Below, in pieces: positions 1-8,235 of a stretch of DNA of 24,374 bases; the first letter of the stretch is position 1, and each line of letters opens with the position of its first letter. The DNA is from Histomonas meleagridis 2922-C6/04-290x. Its lineage: Eukaryota; Protista; Parabasalia. The notes beneath the pieces were generated by a model. That model was not told where the DNA came from. It did not search any database and worked only from the letters and a program-made list of their open reading frames with translations. The translations under genes and the position numbers were made by a program. Location of the stretch: contig JAANOX010000005.1 in NCBI GenBank assembly GCA_020184695.1, forward strand, positions 1 to 24,374, given 5' to 3'.

Positions 1-1282
1 AGTGTGGTAAATTTTTACAAATAATTCAAATAATTAATAAACTTATTTAATACCCAAAATTAATGGAAATAAATCTTTAAACAACACAAATGAATATCTT
101 TTACATTGATATCAATTACATTTTGCTCCAAGAAATGTAATTTACAAAGTTCAATATTTCCCTGATTTTGTAGCATACAAATCATAATATATTTTGGAAT
201 GGGATTAAAATTAAGAAAATGTTTAATAAGAAATATATTTCCAATTTCTGCTACTTCATTTATAAGTTCATCGTTACCTTTTCATTCCTTCTTTAAGTAA
301 AGAGATGAGAAGAATTTCCAAAGTTATAATATAAACACACAAAACTTTCCTATTTCTTCCTAAATTATTAATATTTTCTAATTTCTTTTCATATATATAT
401 TTAAAGAGATATCATTTTGATGAAAAATAATTGCTGCCTTCATATGCACCTTTAAATGATGAATGATTTTGTTCACAGCAAATGAATTATTTCTTCATTT
501 CCACCTGCAACTGCATGTTCGTTTGCCTGTATTATTTACATTTACATTATTTATAAGTAAATATTTAAAACATTTAACTGAAGATGCTGCACAATCAATT
601 AATGAAACATTATCTTTGTTAACAAATGAGCATCTTTCATAAAGTGATGGTTTAATGATTAAAACTGCACTATTTTGTGATGATATTTCTTGAAGTTTTT
701 CTATTTCATCATTTCGAATAATTTCTTTGCAATTTCATTCCTGATTGGTTCCCTTCTTCAATTAACTTCTTATGAAGTTCGCAATTGTTCTTCGAAAGTT
801 GTTCATAATTGTCTTGAATTTCTCCCATAAAATATTCATCTTGTCCATCTAGTCATCATTTTGTTAAAGCGATGCTGATATAGCACATGGTTCAGTTATT
901 TTGCTTTTTGAATCTATTAAATTTTGTTTTTAATCATTTTCTCAATAAGATGCTTCTTGTTTATAATTACTAAGAAGAAAAATTCGCAAATGTATCAAAT
1001 ATTTTGAATTTGATTGTTGGATTTTCGAATTTTTCAATTTCTTTTAATATAAGAAAACATATTTCATAATCATTTATATTTGTGCATAAAATGAAATAAA
1101 TACAATTTGAACAATATAGATATTAGGAAAAGTGGATAATTTTTCATCGTAAATTCTTGGATTATTAAATTTATTGACTGAGTGGATATTTTCTTTATGA
1201 TACAAAAGATTACGTGCTTGATTGATAAAAGTGTTTCCCATTTGTATCTTGGAAATTTTTGATTGACATTTTTAGATTCCAT
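1..1282 (-). pseudogene. DUF3447-type ankyrin-repeat gene paralog, heavily frameshifted (pseudogene or noisy sequence); runs off the left edge
   Basis: The reverse complement of ~790-100 encodes, in shifting frames, ELHKKLIEEG..NEIAK.IRNDEIEKLQEISSQ, PSLYERCSFV, SLIDCAA..VKCFKYLL, VAGGNEEIIH and FLEQNVIDINVKD. These are collinear with the gene at 18872-20745. The ORF 1070-1282 is its probable N-terminus. Confidence 0.7.
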
Positions 1283-1350
1283 CAGACCAGTTAAGAAAAC
1301 CCCGTTTATTTTGCAAACTTTATACTTGACACTTTTTCGGTTTGTGTTGG

Positions 1351-1355
1351 CCTTT
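1351..1355 (+). promoter_or_regulatory. M5-like core promoter motif (CCTTT)
   Basis: CCTTT lies 7 nt before the RPL11 ATG (1363). M5 is the known Inr alternative enriched at Trichomonas ribosomal protein genes. The motif is short, so support comes from context. Confidence 0.5.
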
Positions 1356-1362
1356 TAACAAA

Positions 1363-1903
1363 ATGGCCCAGAAACAAAATAAGCTTAATGAAATCCGCGT
1401 TTCAAAACTTTGCATCAACATTAACCCAGGTTCAGTTGGTGATCAAGTTACACGCATTGCATCACACGCGTTATCGAGACAATTAACAAAACAAAAGGCA
1501 TTGCTTGCACGCTCACACCCGTACAATTCCAAAAGTTTGGTGTTCGTCGTAATGATAAGATTGCTGCTTATGTTAAGCAGTTCGTGGTCAAAATGCACCC
1601 TAAGATCTCGAATGATGCTCTTCAAGTGCCCATGATTTTGAAATCAGCTCACATTTGCTTTTCAAGCACAGGTAACTTTGGCTTCGGTATCAAGGGAACA
1701 TGGCGAGTCTTTGGTCTGGCAGTACGATCGTGATGTTGGTATCCATAAGATTATGGATCTCTGCGTTGTTCTTGAACGCCCTGGAGCCACGTGTTGCCAA
1801 AAGGAAGCACTGCCGCTCAAGGATTGGTCCAAAACAGAGGGTTACTAAGGAAGAAGCTAAGGAATGGTACATTCAAAAATTCCAAGGCACACTCCTTAAA
1901 TAA
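1363..1903 (+). CDS. RPL11: 60S ribosomal protein uL5 (L11), broken by multiple small insertions
   Basis: uL5 motifs appear across frames: EIRVSKLCINI, KFGVRRNDKIAAYV, FSSTGNFGFGIKEH, YDRDVGI, VVLERPG, and RVAKRKHCRSRIGPKQRVTKEEAKEWYIQKFQG. The stop is TAA in TAAA context. Confidence 0.92.
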
Positions 1904-2475
1904 AGCACAAAAATGATTTCGAATATTTTTTTAGCTCAAAATTTGTGTTATTGGTGTTGATACTTTTAATAATTCCGAAGTTTCTTAAAATCTTTTCCAG
2001 GGAACATTTGCGGAAAATGAGACACTTGAAGAGGGTGGTTCGATGGCTTTGAAATCGGCGTCATTAAATTTTGGTTGCAAAATCAATATTTGCACCAAAG
2101 CTAAAAAAATTTATTTTTGAACAAATTTTTGAGCCGAACAATAACTTTACTAAAATCAATGAAATTAAAGAAAAAGATAAAATGAAATTTGATAATTGAT
2201 CCAAAAAATCCATTTTATAACACAAAAGTTGAACTCAATCGCATTTCCATAGTAAGTAACAAATAAGAACAAAAAACATTTAATCACATATCCAAATAGT
2301 CTTCGAACACATCGAATTTTCCGCCATCTCCCATCACTTCTGTACCCGCAAAAGCGTCCATATTCTGCCCAAAGTCGAATTCCTCCTGTTGCTGCTGGTT
2401 TTCTTCTTTTACCTCAGTTTCCGGTTGCGGTGGCTGTTGTTGGACCATCATTTGCACGTTTGCGACTGTGCTGCC

Positions 2476-3660
2476 TTAATCGTCGTACGTCTGTTGTGAG
2501 AACACCAATTGTTGTAATGTAGTTGCGTGTCGACAAATAGGACAAACCCAATTTCTTATAATTGTTGCTCGCTTCATATATTCCTTTAAATCGAAGCATT
2601 GCGGATGTGCACAGTTTATACCTTTCCCTGGATACTTCATAAGTTTCCCTGTGAGTGGACATATTAAACTGACATTTCGAGGATTGAATACACTTTGGTC
2701 AGTATTGTTCATCTGTATTTGTGCAACAATACTATTGAAGGATTGATACTTGGCAACCCTAATTAGGAGTGCAAATGGCTCGCTTTCTTTCTGGCAGTTG
2801 ATGTGAACGATAGAATTGGCGCCAAATTCAAAAGTGTCAATCAACGGAAAGTTGAAAAGTCCGGGCGCTTTGACTTGTTGACCATTGACGTAGATGGAGA
2901 AAGAAGGTGGCCAACGAACTATTGCTGGTGCAACGCCAACAATGAATGATTGAATAACAACATGGAAATCTGGTGAAAGTGGAGGAACTTGAAAGCTTAA
3001 GTTAAAATCAGCTAGACCAATGGCAATGGGCTTCTTGAAAATCATGTTTTCTTCTTCACAATGACAATAACGAACATCAACAAAATCATATGAAAAAACT
3101 GGACCAAGTCGAGGAGCTGGAGGTGTCCACCCTGGAGCAGAATTAGGAGGTGGTGGCGGCTGTGGGTACATACTGTTAAATTGTTGTTGTTTCAAAACTG
3201 AATCTATTGCAATAGAAATACTAGCAATGGCGTTCTGGTCATTGGGTGGAACAGAGCTGAGAAATCGATAAAGGCCTTCTAAAGTTGGTGGATTGACATT
3301 GAAAATTTTGGCTATTTGTGCATGGACATTTGGTGGATAAGTTGATATTTTTGTAAATATATTACTCATGTTCCGAGAATCAGGACCATTAATGTCATGA
3401 AGTCTGAAGAAAGATTTTTTTTGTGAAATATTTTGGTTTGGTTTTAAAAATGGAGAACCTGTTGGTTCCACTTCAAACTGAGCTGCTCGACGTTTCCGCT
3501 GAATGTCTTGTACTGTTAATTGTGGTGGGAAATTATTTAAATTAGTTGGAGTTGCAACATCGGAATTCGGTGTTGATGGTCGAAAGGTCATACCTTGTCC
3601 TGGAGCTAAAAAAGGTGTTCCTCCTTGATTAACTTGTTGAGGTGAGGAAACACGAAACAT
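2476..3660 (-). CDS. MIZ/SP-RING zinc finger protein (PIAS/Siz/ZMIZ-like, putative SUMO E3); probable true end at 2284
   Basis: SP-RING motif VSLICPLTGKLMKYPGKGINCAHPQCFDLKEY...WVCPIC. The first ATG (3660) is preceded by TCATT. The same frame stays open for 63 codons past the TAA at 2476-2478. Confidence 0.85.
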   Translation of the reverse strand: MFRVSSPQQVNQGGTPFLAPGQGMTFRPSTPNSDVATPTNLNNFPPQLTVQDIQRKRRAAQFEVEPTGSPFLKPNQNISQKKSFFRLHDINGPDSRNMSNIFTKISTYPPNVHAQIAKIFNVNPPTLEGLYRFLSSVPPNDQNAIASISIAIDSVLKQQQFNSMYPQPPPPPNSAPGWTPPAPRLGPVFSYDFVDVRYCHCEEENMIFKKPIAIGLADFNLSFQVPPLSPDFHVVIQSFIVGVAPAIVRWPPSFSIYVNGQQVKAPGLFNFPLIDTFEFGANSIVHINCQKESEPFALLIRVAKYQSFNSIVAQIQMNNTDQSVFNPRNVSLICPLTGKLMKYPGKGINCAHPQCFDLKEYMKRATIIRNWVCPICRHATTLQQLVFSQQTYDD

Positions 3661-4226
3661 CAATGAGACCAATTTGTAGTCAATTTAACGTTTTTGGTAC
3701 GCAAAATTTGAGAGAAATTCTGAAGAAATATTTACAAAAATTTCGTTCGTTTATGCCAACAAAAACCAACAAAAGTTTTGATCATCGAAGAATCTAAAAT
3801 AACATAATAGGATATGTAATGACTATTTTAACCTGTTCATTTACATTTTTGTTATGAAAGCTATCATAAAAAAAGGAACATATTCAATTTAAAAAAATCT
3901 ATTTTTTTTACACACTAATAAAGAACACCTTTCGTGCGTTTTTAAAGGATATTTTAATGATTTAAAACGATATTTCTTATTTTAAATAAAAAAATTTAAT
4001 GAAGAATTCCTGATATATTTCACCCTATATCAAATAACAAAAATGCAAAAGGGAAAGATGAAATGTCCCTTGAATTTTATTGCTTGTAATTATCCCACAA
4101 GAATGAGATTCATGACAAAATTTTTAACTTTGTGGAAAAGTCGTGATTTTTGGCAACCGATTTGATTCAATTTTCAAATAAAACCGATAATCAAAAGGTC
4201 GGCCAAACTGACTTTGAAATTAAATT

Positions 4227-4231
4227 TCATA
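4227..4231 (+). promoter_or_regulatory. Initiator (Inr)-like element TCATA
   Basis: Lies 10 nt upstream of the adenosine kinase ATG and matches the trichomonad TCA(Y)(T/A) consensus. Similar motifs precede ATGs at 3660, 8236 and 23130. Confidence 0.45.
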
Positions 4232-4241
4232 TTTTTTTCAA

Positions 4242-5264
4242 ATGATCTTAGCATTCTGTAATCCTCTAATTGATGCCACAGTAGAAGTTGAAGAACCTTA
4301 TTTAAAGAAATGGGGTTTAAAGAACGATGATGCTATTTTGGCTGATTCACGTTATCAGCCATTAATTGATGAAATTGTTAATAACAAGGATTCTTTCATG
4401 ACATGTGGTGGTGCTTGCCAAAACACCCTCGTCATGAGTCAATGGATGATGCAAAATGAAGGAGAAACAGCAATAGTAGGAGGTGTTGGAAATGATTCCA
4501 ATCAAGAAGTTCTTCGAAAAATCATGGAAAAACATGGTGTACAATGTCTTTACCAAATCATTGAAGGACAATTTACAGGTTGTAGTGCAATTTTAGTATG
4601 CAATGGAAATCGTTCAATTGTTGCATCTGTTGCTGCAGCAGGCCAATTTGACTTTGAACGCTGGGATAATCCAGATGTAATGGCAGCTTTTGATAAGGCA
4701 AAAGTTGTTTTACTAAGTACATTTTTCTTACGTTCTTCAGATCGCACAGGCTTAGCTGTTGCATCGGAGTGTCGTAGCCGGAATATTCCACTTGCTATCA
4801 GCCTTTCGTCACCAACAGCTATTGATTCGGAAGCATGGCCATCACTTCGTGAGTTATTTAGGGTTTCAAGTATTGTTTTTGGAAATAATACTGAAATCAT
4901 TTGTCTTGCTAAGAAGTTAAAGCTAATCACATCCGATTCTGTTGATATCAAAGAAGTTATTGAACAATTATCGAACTTAGGCAATCCAAAAACCAAGAGA
5001 ATTATCATCGCAACAATGGGTAAATTGCCTACTATTGGCTGCGAAAGTGGCTCAAAGCCTATTGAAGTTGAAACTGTTTCAATCCCATCTGATAAAATTG
5101 TTGATACGAATGGTGCTGGCGATTCATTTGCAGGAGGCTTCTTGGCATATTTCGTTAAAGGAGCTCCTCTTCAAAAATGTATTGAAGCTGGAAATTATTG
5201 TGCATCTTGTAATATCCAAGAGCGTGGCTGTTCGGTTCCAAAGTATGTTCCTTCATTTAAATAA
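4242..5264 (+). CDS. ADK: Adenosine kinase (PfkB family)
   Basis: N-terminal CNPLIDATVEV..YLKKWGLKNDDAILA, GGACQNT, and the PfkB signature IVDTNGAGDSFAGGFLA...CIEAGNYCAS. Intact 340 aa. Confidence 0.92.
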   Translation: MILAFCNPLIDATVEVEEPYLKKWGLKNDDAILADSRYQPLIDEIVNNKDSFMTCGGACQNTLVMSQWMMQNEGETAIVGGVGNDSNQEVLRKIMEKHGVQCLYQIIEGQFTGCSAILVCNGNRSIVASVAAAGQFDFERWDNPDVMAAFDKAKVVLLSTFFLRSSDRTGLAVASECRSRNIPLAISLSSPTAIDSEAWPSLRELFRVSSIVFGNNTEIICLAKKLKLITSDSVDIKEVIEQLSNLGNPKTKRIIIATMGKLPTIGCESGSKPIEVETVSIPSDKIVDTNGAGDSFAGGFLAYFVKGAPLQKCIEAGNYCASCNIQERGCSVPKYVPSFK

Positions 5265-5408
5265 AATAAAGTGACCTTATAAGGAAATGATTTTTTTTAT
5301 TCGAAAAAATCAAATAAAAAATTCACCATAATTATAAATTATTAATTTTAAAAATGTCAAATTATTTATTCTCAAAAATTTAATAATTATATTAAAATAA
5401 ATAAGACA

Positions 5409-6251
5409 ATGGGAGAAAAGGAAGTTTGGGCAAGCGAAATTACAGGTAATTGCGAAATATGCAACAATGCAAAAGCAAACTATAGATGCCCGCGATGTGG
5501 TGTTGTGTATTGTACGATTCAATGTTTTCGAAAGCACAATTCTATTTGTGTCAATAATTTTTCACAAGATACTCTTAAGTCAATCCCTGCACCCAAAGTT
5601 TCTCCTGAGTCAAGGATTAGGATGGTACGCACATTAGAAAATGCTGAAAATAATGATCCTGATCATATACCAATTAATACAGAAGTTGAACCATGGACTG
5701 CATGGTGGGAAGACAATGTAATAGTGAATGCTCCAAAACCAGAAAGTCCACCACCACCACGTGTATCACCACTTTTGCCATTTCATCTTGTTGATATTCT
5801 ATATAGCTATTGTTATACTATGCGCCTTTACAATGGCGATGTTTCTTTTGACTTTGATGGTGCTTGTGATGTTATTTTAACAATCTCGACAGTATTATCA
5901 ACCACGACCGTTCATCTCGAATCAGTTAAATCCGCGCTCAAAAATTGCATTGAGCAGACAAGGCGTCCGGATATATTCGTTGCGTACCAATGGCAAGTTG
6001 AAGTTGTTCATGATGTAGAAATGTGTCTCACAACGCAGTCCCACGTGTTTCGTGCGCTCTCCGAGAGCATAGCAATCACCAGAGAAGCCAATGAGGTACA
6101 AGCGATGCGGAAATTGCAATTTTTCTTTGCATGGTCACAATCTCTAAATTCAGTTCAACTCGAAAAACTTCGAAATGATGTTCACCAGTTTTATACATCT
6201 CTCAACGCTCTTCTGTTTGACGTGCGTAACAAAGAAATATTTGCTTCATAA
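5409..6251 (+). CDS. Zinc finger HIT domain protein, ZNHIT2-like
   Basis: zf-HIT CEIC...YRCPRCGVVYCTIQCFRKHNSIC, plus the ZNHIT2-like block SPLLPFHLVDILYSYCYTMRLYNGD. Confidence 0.85.
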   Translation: MGEKEVWASEITGNCEICNNAKANYRCPRCGVVYCTIQCFRKHNSICVNNFSQDTLKSIPAPKVSPESRIRMVRTLENAENNDPDHIPINTEVEPWTAWWEDNVIVNAPKPESPPPPRVSPLLPFHLVDILYSYCYTMRLYNGDVSFDFDGACDVILTISTVLSTTTVHLESVKSALKNCIEQTRRPDIFVAYQWQVEVVHDVEMCLTTQSHVFRALSESIAITREANEVQAMRKLQFFFAWSQSLNSVQLEKLRNDVHQFYTSLNALLFDVRNKEIFAS

Positions 6252-6736
6252 TTCCAATTTTAAAAAATTTTGTGTGTAAATATATATTGTTGAAATTTAT
6301 TGTTATGTTTTCATAATTATGTTCTAAATAATTTTCCAATTTTGCAATTTTTTTTTTCTTTTAACTAAATGATGATTTTTGTTTTTTATAAGTTATAATC
6401 TTATTTCTTTTTCACAACAACATATCATATCAAAATAATTGGGAGTTCACTTAATATATTAAATTGCAAACGCATAGTAACTTTTGGATCATGATAATCA
6501 AATATGAATAATTCAGGAATATTACAATGAAATCATTTTAAAGAATATAAGTTTTATAGAGATGATATCTTTTTAAATACTTTTGAAAGCAAAAGTTTAG
6601 TAATTGATTATAAGAAAATTTGATTAACTCTATTAATATTTTATAATAAAATGAATAACTTAAATCTGAATTTCCCTTATTTTTCAATAATTAAATTCCA
6701 AAATAATAATATTATATATATAATTTATTATTATTA

Positions 6737-7801
6737 TTATTGGCCGTGCATTGATATTAAACAATTATTAGTCTGGGCTTCATCCCTATCACATGCTTCA
6801 AACACTTGTATGATATAAAATCTATCCAAGTTTGGATGAAGCGTCATAAGTCGTTCAATAATTCGATTTTCTTCTTCGCTTAAGCTTATACTACTTTCAT
6901 CATGAGGAATAAAGTCACTCGTATGATGGTTTTCTTCATTGCGCTGTTCACTTTCAGGAGTGGAGAAATTGATATGAGGATTTGGAGGTATTAAAATAGA
7001 ACCAATGTTGCTATCAGGTCGGGCACCCCAATTAAACCGTTGTGGTGGTTCTTGATCGTCAAAACGGGGCACCCCAAAGGCATGATGATCATAGCTACTT
7101 GGAAGTCTCCTTGGGATAAATGTACTAGAGCCAATACCCAATTGATTTTGATCGCTCCTGGGCGTAAAAGTAATGAATGTACTTCCTGTGAAATTATTGT
7201 TTGTAGGAAATGTGAAACTTGTTGTTGGACGTAAAAATGGGTCAGGCCTGTTAACCAAAAAGCCAAAGTTCCCGACTGGCAAGCGAATGCGGCTATCATC
7301 ATCTTCTGAAAAATCTTCATCAGAATCCGACAATGAAACAGATTGGCTTGAATATGATTCATCATTATCATCATCACTAGCATCAGCAATGAGATGGTGA
7401 AAGATACCCATAAACGTACGAGGATTGGGTTGGATTGGGTTTCTTTGAAGAAGTTCATGTAAAGCATGGAGGCCTCTTTGTTGAGGACTTACAGGTTCGC
7501 TTATGTGTCTGTAGAAAATTTGATACTTTGAATCGATAAAATGATACTTTGATGGTCTAAGTGGGAATTGAAGATAAGATTGAGTGATATTTTTTTGAAG
7601 CAAAACAAACAAAGGATTTTCTCCATAGTTACTCCATATGCTTTCGTTTTCGTTTAGTCGAACTTTATTATGAAAAAAATCAAATCCTTGGGATTCAAAG
7701 TTTTTTTCTAAAAGCATACGTCTAATATATTGGATGGTTGTAGGTTTTACAAGTTCTAGTGTTATGGTAAATCCTTGAAGATCATCAATTCTGATTTTCA
7801 T
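6737..7801 (-). CDS. UBL-UBA protein (Rad23-like C-terminal UBA)
   Basis: Divergent ubiquitin-like N-terminus, acidic/low-complexity middle, and C-terminal LSEEENRIIERLM...FYIIQVFEACDRDEAQTNNCL resembling Rad23 UBA2. The stop is followed by four more TAA. Confidence 0.7.
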   Translation of the reverse strand: MKIRIDDLQGFTITLELVKPTTIQYIRRMLLEKNFESQGFDFFHNKVRLNENESIWSNYGENPLFVLLQKNITQSYLQFPLRPSKYHFIDSKYQIFYRHISEPVSPQQRGLHALHELLQRNPIQPNPRTFMGIFHHLIADASDDDNDESYSSQSVSLSDSDEDFSEDDDSRIRLPVGNFGFLVNRPDPFLRPTTSFTFPTNNNFTGSTFITFTPRSDQNQLGIGSSTFIPRRLPSSYDHHAFGVPRFDDQEPPQRFNWGARPDSNIGSILIPPNPHINFSTPESEQRNEENHHTSDFIPHDESSISLSEEENRIIERLMTLHPNLDRFYIIQVFEACDRDEAQTNNCLISMHGQ

Positions 7802-8235
7802 GAATTTTTTTGAAATATGGCATATAATAAAATAAACATTTGAAATTTATTGTAAATATCTGAATTGGGTGTTCATTTTTCGGTTGCTCAGATTTGGATA
7901 AAGTATTGATTTTTCTGTGAATGCCGTTTGCATTTTTCCAACTGCCACGTGGCATCATGTTAAAAAATAAAACACTTGCTACAACTGTATTCGCATTAAA
8001 AAGGACCCAGGAAGGAATCAATATGCTATTTCGTCTTGGCAATTAAATAAAAAAAAAATATAAAATTGGGAGCAAATATCCACATATTTTCCTACTAAAA
8101 TTGCTCAATAGATAAGAAAGTGACGAAAGAAAAATAAAATTGGTTCGGCTTTAACAAGATAAAATATAAGTACTATGGGAAAAACTCTGTTTAAAGAAAC
8201 TTTTCTTGTTGATTTTCACATCACATTTCGTCACA

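Noticed and set aside
6725-6739. (TAA)5 tandem stops after the UBL-UBA gene as an anti-readthrough signal
   Set aside because: It is indistinguishable from a short TTA microsatellite in AT-rich DNA.
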